Positions 42,290-50,625 of a stretch of 64,000 nt of DNA are shown here, piece by piece. Source of the stretch: Elusimicrobiota bacterium (GTDB lineage Bacteria; Elusimicrobiota; Elusimicrobia; UBA1565; UBA9628); NCBI GenBank assembly GCA_030696455.1, contig JAUYSH010000026.1:8764-72763 (forward strand). Direction: 5' to 3'. The notes under the pieces are model-generated. The model did not search any database, was not told where the DNA came from, and saw only the letters and a list, made by a program, of their open reading frames with translations. The position numbers and the translations under genes were made by a program. Each line of letters starts with the position of its first letter. Within the stretch, counting starts at the first letter, position 1.

Positions 42290-42301
42290 GAACCCGCATC
42301 A

Positions 42302-42333
42302 GGGCCGCGACTGTTTCCGGAAACAGCCGGCCC
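42302..42333. terminator. GC-rich hairpin between convergent genes (candidate bidirectional terminator)
   Basis: GGGCCG-cga-CTGTTTCC/GGAAACAG-c-CGGCCC: a 6-bp outer stem plus a palindromic inner stem. The A6 run at 42281-42286 gives a U-tract only for the minus-strand transcript and is ~15 nt away, so this is a weak intrinsic terminator. Confidence 0.35.
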
Positions 42334-42350
42334 GCTATCCTCAAGGATAG

Positions 42351-43298
42351 TCAGGACGGGTCGTAGATGGCGGCGATGAGCCGCATCGTCTCGACCGACT
42401 GGTCGAGCGTCGTGGACGCGGACGGACGGCCGAGGGCGGCCGCGACGGCCGCCTCCGCTTGGGCGAGGAAGCCCGGCTTGAAATCCTTGTCGCGCGAGTG
42501 GATCTCGACGGCGGCCGCGGGCGAGCCGAGCTCCTGGCGCGTGAGCTGCTCGAGCGGACGCATCTCCCAGCGCTTGGCGCCCGCCGCGACCGCGCACGAC
42601 CACGGGCCCGGCGCGCGCCAGACCGCCTCGTATAGGCCCTGGTCGCCGGAGTCGTACTCGACGCGCGCCAGCACGAACTCGGGCCGGGCCGGGTCGTATT
42701 TGGAGAGGCGCTCGACGCGAACGGCCTTGCCGCGCGCGAACAGCCGGAAGTAGTCGATCAGGTGCAGGGAGTTGGCGTACATCCAGTTGTCGGCGATGGG
42801 CTTCGGCACGCCGGCCGCGAGGACCCTGTCCATGTTCTGCTGGTCCTGGACGCGGACGAATCTGGGTCCCTCGGTCGCGGCGAGCTCGGCGGCGGCGGTC
42901 GTCGTCGCGGAATAAAAGGCGCGGTTGTGCGCGACGAGCGCCCGGCGGCCGGCCTTCGCCGCCGCGGCCTGAAGCGCAAGCGACTCTTTCAGGTCCAATC
43001 CCGCCGGCTTCTCGAACAGCACGGTCCACGGATGGCGGAAGCACGCCAGCCCGATCTCGAGCATCGAGGTCTCGTTGACGGTGACGACGACCAGCGCCGC
43101 CTTCGTCTTCTCGTACAGCTCGTCCACCGAGCCGCAGATCTCAGGGATCCCGCGCTCGGCCGCGAGCGCCACGGCCCGCGCGCGCGTGCGGCTGAAGATG
43201 CCGGCGAGGCGGACGCCCGGGACGGCGGCGAACGCCTTCGCGTGCTCCTTGGCCGTGTAGCCGGCTCCTATCAGCGCGACCGCGCAGGCTTCGCTCAT
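42351..43298 (-). CDS. Gfo/Idh/MocA family oxidoreductase
   Basis: VALIGAGYTAKEHAKAF Rossmann start and LFEKP motif. 315 aa. 4-nt overlap with the upstream minus-strand gene. Confidence 0.8.
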   Translation of the reverse strand: MSEACAVALIGAGYTAKEHAKAFAAVPGVRLAGIFSRTRARAVALAAERGIPEICGSVDELYEKTKAALVVVTVNETSMLEIGLACFRHPWTVLFEKPAGLDLKESLALQAAAAKAGRRALVAHNRAFYSATTTAAAELAATEGPRFVRVQDQQNMDRVLAAGVPKPIADNWMYANSLHLIDYFRLFARGKAVRVERLSKYDPARPEFVLARVEYDSGDQGLYEAVWRAPGPWSCAVAAGAKRWEMRPLEQLTRQELGSPAAAVEIHSRDKDFKPGFLAQAEAAVAAALGRPSASTTLDQSVETMRLIAAIYDPS

Positions 43299-44308
43299 GC
43301 GAAGGTGAAGCGGCGCTCGAGCGAGGCGGCCTCGTCGGACACGGCGACGGCCGCGTGGCCGTTCTCGTGAGACCGGTAAGCCGCCGCGACGACGGCGACG
43401 GCGGAGCGGCCATCCTCCCCCGTGGGGATCTCGCGGCCGGAGATGAGCGCCTCGAGCACGGACCGCGAGGGTGCCAGCGCGTCAGCCGGAGCCACGCGGA
43501 CCTCGCGCGTGGCGGACGGCATGCCGTAGCGCGTGGTGGGCAAGGCGCGGTGCTCGGCGAGGCGGCCGAGGACCTCGATGCGTCCGCCGAGCTCGTCGGC
43601 GACGAGCACCCCGTGCCGGCCGGCGTAGATCACCCGCACGCCGTGGCCCTGGTCGGAGCCCATCTCCATGTACAGGCGGCGGCCCGAGGGGTTCTCGACG
43701 CGGATCTCGCCCGCGCCGTCGTCGAACTGGGGCCCGCGGGGATTGGGTACTCGGTCCTTCGACAGCCACGCTGAGACCGTCGCGGGCTTCTCCCCGGTCA
43801 GCCAGCGGAACATCTCGAAGTAGTGAGAGCCGTTCATGGCGAGGCCGAAGTTCCCGGCGACGACGGTGACGCTGGCCAACGCGCCGATCTCGTCGGCGTC
43901 GATGAGCTCCTTGACCTTGGTGTACTGCTCCATGTAGCGCATCTGGTGGTTGACGGCCAGGCGTGTCCCGCTCGCGCGGCAGGCGGAGATCATCGCGTCG
44001 CACTCGGCCAGGGAGGTGGCCAGCGGCTTCTCGCACAGAACGGCCTTCGCGCCGCCGGCGGCCGCGAGCGAGGTCAGCGGGCCGTGCCCCGGGGCGGTGG
44101 TGGCCACGATGACGCACTCGGGCTTGACCGCCTTGAGCATCGCGGCGGGGTCGGCGAAGCGCAGCTCCGGGGAGGCGCCCAGGTCTCCGGCCTTGGCCAG
44201 GGCCTCGGGGCGGGAGTCGCAGACCCCGGCCAAGGGAAGGCCGAGCGTCTTGACGTTCTGGAGGTGGCGCAAACCCATCGAGCCGAGGCCGATCACCGCT
44301 GTCCGCAT
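43295..44308 (-). CDS. Gfo/Idh/MocA family oxidoreductase
   Basis: MRTAVIGLGSMGLRHLQN, VLCEKPLA, LAVNHQMRY. 337 aa. Confidence 0.82.
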   Translation of the reverse strand: MRTAVIGLGSMGLRHLQNVKTLGLPLAGVCDSRPEALAKAGDLGASPELRFADPAAMLKAVKPECVIVATTAPGHGPLTSLAAAGGAKAVLCEKPLATSLAECDAMISACRASGTRLAVNHQMRYMEQYTKVKELIDADEIGALASVTVVAGNFGLAMNGSHYFEMFRWLTGEKPATVSAWLSKDRVPNPRGPQFDDGAGEIRVENPSGRRLYMEMGSDQGHGVRVIYAGRHGVLVADELGGRIEVLGRLAEHRALPTTRYGMPSATREVRVAPADALAPSRSVLEALISGREIPTGEDGRSAVAVVAAAYRSHENGHAAVAVSDEAASLERRFTFA

Positions 44309-44314
44309 GGGCGT

Positions 44315-44320
44315 ATTCTA
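44315..44320 (-). promoter_or_regulatory. -10-like TAGAAT box (minus strand), 6 nt upstream of the minus-strand start at 44308
   Basis: The minus strand reads TAGAATACGCCCATG. Left arm of a 9-bp inverted repeat, CGTATTCTA (44312-44320) / TAGAATACG (44360-44368). Confidence 0.45.
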
Positions 44321-44359
44321 ATCAATTTGCGTTTGAATGTATTGCGGCGCGTCTTTGTG

Positions 44360-44365
44360 TAGAAT
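44360..44365 (+). promoter_or_regulatory. -10-like TAGAAT box, 13 nt upstream of ATG 44379
   Basis: Right arm of the same inverted repeat, in the 70-nt AT-rich divergent intergenic region. Confidence 0.45.
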
Positions 44366-44378
44366 ACGGCCTCCGACG

Positions 44379-45233
44379 ATGAAGAAGCTGCTCAAGATCT
44401 TGCTTCCCGAATCCACCCGCGGCGCGCTCCGGCGCGCGCGTGAGAGCCTCCTCCTCAGAAGCCTGCGGGCGGCCGTCGAGGAGCAAGGCCTGTCGGCCTC
44501 CGTGCGAAGGCACACAGAGGTGTTCCCCGAGCTGTCGCGGCAATACACCGACTTCGAGCTCGATACCGAGTTCCTCGAATACAAGGTCCGCGCCCAGCAG
44601 TCGTTCCAGGTCAGCCTCGCCGCCCCCGTCCTCGCCGCCCGTCCCGGGGCGACCGTCGTCGACATCGGCGACTCCTCGGGCGCGCACATCGCCGCCCTCA
44701 AGGCCATGCTTCCCGACGGCGGTCACCGCTTCCTGTCGGTGAACCTCGATGAGAAGGCCGTCGCCCGCGTGAAGGCTCGCGGCTTCGAGGCCCTGCTGTG
44801 CCGCGCCGAGGCGCTATCGGAAAAGGGCGTCAAGGCGGACATCTTCCTGTCCTTCGAGACCCTCGAGCACCTGAACGACCCCGCGACCTTCCTGCACCGG
44901 CTGTCGAAGACCGCCTGCGACCGTCTGGTCCTCACCGTGCCCTACATGACCGAGACGCGCGTGGGGCTTCACCACCTTCGGGCCGGGCTGACCAAGAAGG
45001 TGAGCCCCGAGACCGTCCATCTCTTCGAATTCAGCCCCGCCGACCTCAAGCTTCTGGCGGCGCATTGCGGCTGGGCGGTCGAGACGGAACGGATCTACCG
45101 CCAGTACCCCCTGAATTCGCCCCTGCGCGGGACGCGAGCCATCTGGAAGGACTGGGATTTCGAGGGGTTCTACGGCCTGGTCCTACGCCGCGACGAGCGG
45201 TGGTCTTCCCTCTATACGGGCTGGAACGACTGA
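44379..45233 (+). CDS. Putative class I SAM-dependent methyltransferase
   Basis: MKKLLKILLPEST..., VVDIGDSSGAHIAAL (degenerate motif I), DIFLSFETLEHLNDP, DRLVLTVP. The track ATG 44337 lies upstream of the -10 box and gives an odd N-terminus, so ATG 44379 is preferred. Confidence 0.6.
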   Translation: MKKLLKILLPESTRGALRRARESLLLRSLRAAVEEQGLSASVRRHTEVFPELSRQYTDFELDTEFLEYKVRAQQSFQVSLAAPVLAARPGATVVDIGDSSGAHIAALKAMLPDGGHRFLSVNLDEKAVARVKARGFEALLCRAEALSEKGVKADIFLSFETLEHLNDPATFLHRLSKTACDRLVLTVPYMTETRVGLHHLRAGLTKKVSPETVHLFEFSPADLKLLAAHCGWAVETERIYRQYPLNSPLRGTRAIWKDWDFEGFYGLVLRRDERWSSLYTGWND

Positions 45234-45257
45234 TCGCCCTTTGGCGCCGTGATTTTG

Positions 45258-45263
45258 TAGAAT
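45258..45263 (+). promoter_or_regulatory. -10-like TAGAAT box, 13 nt upstream of the kpsF ATG
   Basis: gattttgTAGAATtatcc in a 43-nt intergenic gap. Same 13-nt spacing as at 9361 and 44360. Confidence 0.45.
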
Positions 45264-45276
45264 TATCCTTGCGCAC

Positions 45277-46257
45277 ATGGCGAAATCAACGAATTCGTCG
45301 CTGATGGAGATCCGCCGCGTCCTCGCCCTAGAGGCGCGAGCCCTCACCCGGGTCGCCTCCGCCGTGGACGCGAGATGGGCCAAGGCCGTGGAGTTCATCG
45401 TCCGGTGCCGGGGCAAGGTGGTCCTGACCGGGGTGGGCAAGTCCGGCCTCGTCGCCCAGAAGATCGCGGCCACCTTCTCCTCGACGGGCACGCCGGCCCT
45501 GTTCCTCGACCCCGGCGAGGCCGCTCACGGAGGCCTGGGCGCCGTCCAGAAGGGCGACCTCGTACTCGCGATCGGGAAATCCGGCGAATCCGACGAGCTC
45601 AACCTGCTCCTGCCGGCCTTGCGCGCGCGCAAGATCGCCCTCATCGCGATGACCGCCAACCCCCGCTCGACCCTGGCCAAGGCCGCGTCGCTCGTCCTCG
45701 AGACGCCGATCGAGGCCGAAGCCTGCCCGCTCGACCTCGCCCCGACGACGAGCACCACGGTCGCGATGGCGCTCGGCGACGCGCTCGCCGTGGCCCTCAT
45801 GAAGCGCCGGGGCTTCAAGGCGGAGCATTTCGCCGCCAACCACCCGGCCGGGCGTCTGGGCAAGCGCCTGACCTTGCGCGTGCGCGACGTGATGCGCGCG
45901 GGCAAGGACAACCCGGTCGTGCCCCTCGGCGCCTCGGCGACGGAGCTCCTCGCCACGATCACGCGGCTGCAGGCCGGGGCCGCGTCCGTCGTGGACCGCA
46001 AGGGCCGCTTCCTCGGGCTCGTCACCGATTTCGACATCCGGCGCGTGCTCGAGGCGGGCGGGGATTTCCGCCGCCGCAAGCTGACCGACATCATGAACGC
46101 CGCGCCGACGACGATCCTGCCCGACGCGCTCGCCGCCGAGGCCGTCGAGGTCATGGAGGACCGGCGCACCCCCTTCAACGTCCTGCCCGTCGTGGACGCG
46201 AAGGGGCGCTCGGTCGGCATGATCCAGATCCACGACCTCCGGGCGCGAGGACTTTGA
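45277..46257 (+). CDS. kpsF: Arabinose-5-phosphate isomerase (KpsF/GutQ family, SIS + CBS pair)
   Basis: GKVVLTGVGKSGLVAQKIAATFSSTGTPALFLDPGEAAHGGLG, LAIGKSGESDEL, C-terminal CBS pair (VVDRKGRFLGLVTDFDIRR; VVDAKGRSVGMIQIHDL). Confidence 0.88.
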   Translation: MAKSTNSSLMEIRRVLALEARALTRVASAVDARWAKAVEFIVRCRGKVVLTGVGKSGLVAQKIAATFSSTGTPALFLDPGEAAHGGLGAVQKGDLVLAIGKSGESDELNLLLPALRARKIALIAMTANPRSTLAKAASLVLETPIEAEACPLDLAPTTSTTVAMALGDALAVALMKRRGFKAEHFAANHPAGRLGKRLTLRVRDVMRAGKDNPVVPLGASATELLATITRLQAGAASVVDRKGRFLGLVTDFDIRRVLEAGGDFRRRKLTDIMNAAPTTILPDALAAEAVEVMEDRRTPFNVLPVVDAKGRSVGMIQIHDLRARGL

Positions 46258-47009
46258 TGACCCTCAAGGACAAGCTGCGCAAAGGCGTCCCCACGATCGG
46301 CACCTGGCTCACCTTGGCCCATCCGGCGCTGGCCGAGATGGCCGCCCGGGCCGGCTTCGACTGGGTCGCCGTCGACCTCGAGCACAGCTCGATCACCCTG
46401 CGCGAGTGCGAGGACCTGATCCGGGTCATCGATCTCGCCGAGGGCACGCCGCTCGTGCGTCTGACCTCCAACGACCCCGACCTCATCAAGCGCGTGATGG
46501 ACTCCGGCGCGCGCGGCGTCATCGTGCCGACGGTGTCGACGGAAGAGGAAGCTCAGCTCGCCGTAGAGGCGGTGTATTATCCCCCTCGCGGTCGGCGCGG
46601 CGTCGGCCTCGCCCGGGCCCACGGCTACGGAGCGGATTTCGCGGGCTACATGAAGCGGCTCGCCAAGGAAGCCGTCGTGGTCGCCATGATCGAGACCGCC
46701 CAGGGTGTGGAGAACGCGGAGCGCATACTCGGCGTCGACGGCGTCGACGCGTACTTCCTGGGGCCGTACGACCTGTCCGCGTCCCTCGGCGTCATCGGCA
46801 AGACCTCGCACCCCAAGGTGGAGAAGGCGATCGCGAAAGTCCGCGCGGCTGGAAAGCGTACGGGCAAGCCCGGCGGCATCCACGTCGTCGAACCGGATCC
46901 CGCGGCATTGAAGCGCCGGATCAAAGAGGGCTTCAGATTCGTCGCCTACAGCCTCGAGACCCGGATCTACGACGTCAACGTGCGCGCCGCGCTGCGCGCG
47001 GCGCGATGA
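46257..47009 (+). CDS. HpcH/HpaI-family class II (pyruvate) aldolase
   Basis: GTWLTLAHPALAEMAARAGFDWVAVDLEHS, PLVRLTSNDPDLIKRVMDSGARGVIVPTV, YPPRGRRGVG, VVAMIETAQGVENAERI, DAYFLGPYDLSASLG. TGATG junction with kpsF. Confidence 0.82.
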   Translation: MTLKDKLRKGVPTIGTWLTLAHPALAEMAARAGFDWVAVDLEHSSITLRECEDLIRVIDLAEGTPLVRLTSNDPDLIKRVMDSGARGVIVPTVSTEEEAQLAVEAVYYPPRGRRGVGLARAHGYGADFAGYMKRLAKEAVVVAMIETAQGVENAERILGVDGVDAYFLGPYDLSASLGVIGKTSHPKVEKAIAKVRAAGKRTGKPGGIHVVEPDPAALKRRIKEGFRFVAYSLETRIYDVNVRAALRAAR

Positions 47010-47794
47010 ACGTCGTCGCCATCGTCCCGGCGCGCATGGCCTCGACGCGCTACCCGGGCAAGCCCATGGCCGCCATCCGGGGCGTGCCGATGATCGGCCA
47101 CTGCTATTTCCGCACCGCCATGGCCGAGACCGTCGAAGAGACCTACGTCGCCACCTGCGACAAGGTCATCTACGACTACATCCGCTCCGTCGGCGGCAAG
47201 GCGGTCATGACGAAGGACACGCACGAGCGCTGCTCGGACCGGACCGCCGAGGCGATGCTCAAGATCGAGTCGCAGACGGGCAAGCGCGTCGACATCGCGG
47301 CCATGGTCCAGGGCGACGAGCCCCTGGTGCGCCCGGAGATGATCGACGCCGCGGTCAAGCTGCTCCTGGACGACCCGTCCTGCCCGATCGCCTGCCTGAT
47401 GGGCCGCATCGAGGACGAATCCGAGCTCGACGACCCGAACTGCGTGAAGGTCGTGACCGACCTGAAGGGCCGGGCGCTGTATTTTTCGCGCGAGGGCATC
47501 CCATCGCGGCGCAAAGGCGCCGCGATGAGTTTCCCGCGATATCGGCAGGTCCCCATCATCCCCTTCCGCCGCGACTACCTCCTGCGCTTCAACGACCTCG
47601 CACCCACCCCGCTCGAGATCGCCGAGTCCGTGGACCTGATGCGCTGCGTCGAGCACGGCGACGCCGTCCGGATGGCCGTGATCGAGCGGGTGACGGTCAG
47701 CGTGGACACGCCCGGCGATCACGCTCGCGCGGAAGCCGTGATGAAGGACGACCCCCTTTTCGCGAGGTACGCCCCGGGAGCGGCGGCCCGATGA
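47006..47794 (+). CDS. kdsB: KdsB-family 3-deoxy-ulosonate cytidylyltransferase
   Basis: MNVVAIVPARMASTRYPGKPM, MVQGDEPLV, CVKVVTDLKGRALYFSREGIP, VDTPGDHARAE: collinear with E. coli KdsB blocks as I recall them. ATGA overlap at 47006. Confidence 0.8.
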   Translation: MNVVAIVPARMASTRYPGKPMAAIRGVPMIGHCYFRTAMAETVEETYVATCDKVIYDYIRSVGGKAVMTKDTHERCSDRTAEAMLKIESQTGKRVDIAAMVQGDEPLVRPEMIDAAVKLLLDDPSCPIACLMGRIEDESELDDPNCVKVVTDLKGRALYFSREGIPSRRKGAAMSFPRYRQVPIIPFRRDYLLRFNDLAPTPLEIAESVDLMRCVEHGDAVRMAVIERVTVSVDTPGDHARAEAVMKDDPLFARYAPGAAAR

Positions 47795-48840
47795 GGAAGC
47801 TGCGCGTCGGCATCGCGGGGTACGGCGTCGTCGGCAAGCGCCGCCGGCTGCACATCGACGCGCACCCCGGCCTGGCCGTCGTCGCCTTGAGCGAGGAGAA
47901 GTTCGGACGGGATGCCACGGCGCCCGACGGCGTCCAGCAATACGCCGACTATCGCGACTTGATCGCCAAGCAGCCGCTCGACGCCGTGTTCGTCTGCCTG
48001 CCCAACTACCTCGCCGCCGACGCCACGGTGCGCGCGCTCGAGAAGGGACTCCACGTCTTCTGCGAGAAGCCCCCGGGCCGCGACCTCGCGGACATCGCCG
48101 CGGTCCGCGCCGCCGAGCGCCGCCGGCCCAAGCTCGCGCTCAAGTACGGCTTCAACCACCGCTACCACGACTCGGTGCGCGACGCGCTCAAGCTCGTGCG
48201 CTCCGGCAAGCTCGGCCGCATCCTGAACCTCAACGGCGTCTACGGCAAGAGCCACATCATCCCCTTCGACAAAGGCTGGCGCGCCGAGCGCAAGCAGGCC
48301 GGCGGCGGCATCCTGCTCGACCAGGGCATCCACATGGTGGACCTCATGCGCCTGTTCGCGGGCGACTTCGACGAGGTCCGCAGCGTGATCTCCAACGCCT
48401 ACTGGAAGCACGACGTCGAGGACAACGCCTACGCGCTGATGAAGACGAGGTCCGGGATCGTCGCCCTGCTCCACTCCTCGGCGACCTCGTGGCGCCACCG
48501 CTTCAACCTCGACATCACGCTCGAGAAGGGCGCCTTGACCCTCTCCGGCATACTCTCCGGCTCCAAGAGCTACGGCGCGGAGACCCTGACGGTCTCCATC
48601 GCCGCGAAAGGCGACGCCGGCGATCCCAGCGAGACGACGACGCGCTACAACCAGGACAACTCCTGGCGCGACGAGGTCCGCGAGTTCGCCGACTGCGTGC
48701 TGAAGAAGAAGCGGGTGCTCCACGGCGATTCTCTCGAGGCCTTGAAGACGATGGAGCTGATCTACCGCATCTACTGCGCCGACCCGGCGTGGAAGAAGAA
48801 ATACCGGCTCAGCGACCGCATCCCGAAGGTGACCCGATGA
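47791..48840 (+). CDS. Gfo/Idh/MocA family oxidoreductase
   Basis: LRVGIAGYGVVGKRR, VFCEKPPG, KYGFNHRYH. ATGA overlap at 47791. Confidence 0.82.
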   Translation: MRKLRVGIAGYGVVGKRRRLHIDAHPGLAVVALSEEKFGRDATAPDGVQQYADYRDLIAKQPLDAVFVCLPNYLAADATVRALEKGLHVFCEKPPGRDLADIAAVRAAERRRPKLALKYGFNHRYHDSVRDALKLVRSGKLGRILNLNGVYGKSHIIPFDKGWRAERKQAGGGILLDQGIHMVDLMRLFAGDFDEVRSVISNAYWKHDVEDNAYALMKTRSGIVALLHSSATSWRHRFNLDITLEKGALTLSGILSGSKSYGAETLTVSIAAKGDAGDPSETTTRYNQDNSWRDEVREFADCVLKKKRVLHGDSLEALKTMELIYRIYCADPAWKKKYRLSDRIPKVTR

Positions 48841-49556
48841 AGAAACCTCTCTCCGGACGCAAAGCCCTCGTCACCGGAGGCACGCGCGGCATCGGCCTCG
48901 CGATCGCCGAGCGCCTGCGCGACATGGGCGCCGCCGTGACCGTCACCGGAACGCGGGGCGGCGGCCAGGCCCCGCGAGGCTGCGCCTACGAAGCCGTGGA
49001 TTTCTCCCACGCCGAGGCGGCCGAGGTCTTCGCCGCGGCCATGGCCGGCCGCCGCTTCGACATCCTCGTCAACAACGCCGGGATCAACAAGATCGCGCCG
49101 TTCACGGAGATCGACGGCGCCGACTGGGACCTGATCCAGCGCGTCAACGTCCGCGCCCCTTTCGTCCTCTGCCGCGCGCTCCTTCCCGGCATGATCAAGA
49201 AACGCTGGGGCCGCATCGTCAACGTCGGCTCGATCTTCGGCGTCATCAGCCGCGACCGGCGCGGGCCCTACTCGGCGAGCAAGTTCGCCCTCGACGGCAT
49301 GACCGCCTCCCTGGCGGCCGAGGCCGCCGCGCACGGCGTGCTCGCCAACTGCGTGGCCCCCGGGTTCGTGGACACCGACCTCACGCGCCGCATCGTCGGC
49401 GCCAAGGGCATGAAGGAGCTCGCCCGGCGCGTGCCGGCCGGACGCCTGGCCAAGCCCGGCGAGATCGGCGCCTTCGTCGCCTGGCTGTGCGGCCCCGAGA
49501 ACACCTACATCAGCGGCCAGAACCTCGTCATCGATGGCGGATTCACGCGAGTCTGA
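48837..49556 (+). CDS. Short-chain dehydrogenase/reductase (classical SDR)
   Basis: ALVTGGTRGIGLAIA (TGxxxGxG), NNAGI, YSASKFAL (Y-x-x-x-K). ATGA overlap at 48837. Confidence 0.85.
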   Translation: MKKPLSGRKALVTGGTRGIGLAIAERLRDMGAAVTVTGTRGGGQAPRGCAYEAVDFSHAEAAEVFAAAMAGRRFDILVNNAGINKIAPFTEIDGADWDLIQRVNVRAPFVLCRALLPGMIKKRWGRIVNVGSIFGVISRDRRGPYSASKFALDGMTASLAAEAAAHGVLANCVAPGFVDTDLTRRIVGAKGMKELARRVPAGRLAKPGEIGAFVAWLCGPENTYISGQNLVIDGGFTRV

Positions 49557-50625
49557 CCTCGTCATCTCCTCTCACAAGGGGCCCTACGCGGTGGAATTCC
49601 GCGGCGACCCCTTCGCGGAGCTGAGCCCGCTCGCCGCGTCCGGCGCCCATTTCCTCGTGGACGCGCGGGTCGCCGAGCTCTACTCCCGCGAATTGGCCCC
49701 CGTGCTCGCCTCCCCCTCCGTCCTCCGCGTCGAGGCGACCGAGGACGCCAAGTCCATCGAGTCGATGCCGGGATTCGTGCGCCACCTCGTGTCGAAAGGG
49801 CTCCGCCGCGGACAGAGCCTCGTCGCGATCGGCGGCGGGATCACCCAGGACATCACCTGCTTCCTCGCGGCGACGATGCTGCGCGGCGTGCCCTGGTCCT
49901 TCGTCCCGACGACCTTGCTCGCGATGGCCGACTCCTGCGTCGGCTCGAAAAGCTCGATCAACGGAGGCGGCGCGAAGAACGTTTTGGGAACCTTCACCCC
50001 GCCCAAGCGCATCGTGCTCAGCGCCGGCTTCCTGAAGACGCTCGACGAGAAGGACGTCCGCTCCGGCGTCGGCGAGATGCTCAAGGTCCACGCGATCGAC
50101 GGCCCCGCCTCCTTCGACCGGATCGCCGCCGATTACCCGCGCCTGTTCACCGAGCCCGCCGTCATGACGGCCTACCTGCGCCGTTCGCTGGAGATCAAAA
50201 AGCCCATCGTCGAGGCCGACGAGTTCGACCAGAGCGTCCGCCTGGTCATGAACTACGGCCACAGCTTCGGTCACGCCCTGGAGTCGGCGACGGCCTTCGC
50301 CATCCCGCACGGCATCGCCGTCACGATCGGCATGGACCTGGCCAACTTCGTCTCCGCGCGCCTGGGGCTGGGTGACCTGGTGCACTACCGCCGGATGCGC
50401 GCCACCCTCGCCATGAATTGGCGGGGCTACGAGTCGACGCCGGTCCCTCTCGACGACTTCCTCGCCGCGCTGGCCAAGGACAAGAAGAATACCGCCAAGG
50501 CCCTGGGCCTGATCCTGCCGGACAAGGACGGGAAGATCCGCAAGGTCGACGCGCCCGCCGACGAGGTCTTCCGCGCGGCCGTCGCCGAGCATCTCTCCAA
50601 AGGCCGCTCACAGGAGCTCTCGTGA
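49534..50625 (+). CDS. 3-dehydroquinate-synthase-family protein (sugar-phosphate cyclase-like)
   Basis: VAIGGGITQDITCFLA (GGG-x-x-x-D nucleotide loop), TTLLAMADSCVGSKSSIN, GEMLKVH, NYGHSFGHALE (metal His pair). No other shikimate genes nearby. Confidence 0.75.
   Translation: MADSRESDLVISSHKGPYAVEFRGDPFAELSPLAASGAHFLVDARVAELYSRELAPVLASPSVLRVEATEDAKSIESMPGFVRHLVSKGLRRGQSLVAIGGGITQDITCFLAATMLRGVPWSFVPTTLLAMADSCVGSKSSINGGGAKNVLGTFTPPKRIVLSAGFLKTLDEKDVRSGVGEMLKVHAIDGPASFDRIAADYPRLFTEPAVMTAYLRRSLEIKKPIVEADEFDQSVRLVMNYGHSFGHALESATAFAIPHGIAVTIGMDLANFVSARLGLGDLVHYRRMRATLAMNWRGYESTPVPLDDFLAALAKDKKNTAKALGLILPDKDGKIRKVDAPADEVFRAAVAEHLSKGRSQELS

Noticed and set aside
44337-44378. Track start ATG 44337 for the methyltransferase-like gene
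   Set aside because: It would place the TAGAAT box and inverted-repeat arm inside the coding region, and it gives an implausible N-terminus (MYCGASLCRIRPPT). ATG 44379 (MKKLLKILL) is preferred, although this is not proven.
49534-50625. DHQ-synthase-like gene as the housekeeping aroB
   Set aside because: It is embedded by overlaps in a sugar-nucleotide module with no other shikimate genes nearby. This cannot be fully excluded without the whole genome, so it is kept as a sugar-phosphate-cyclase-like protein and flagged in the findings.
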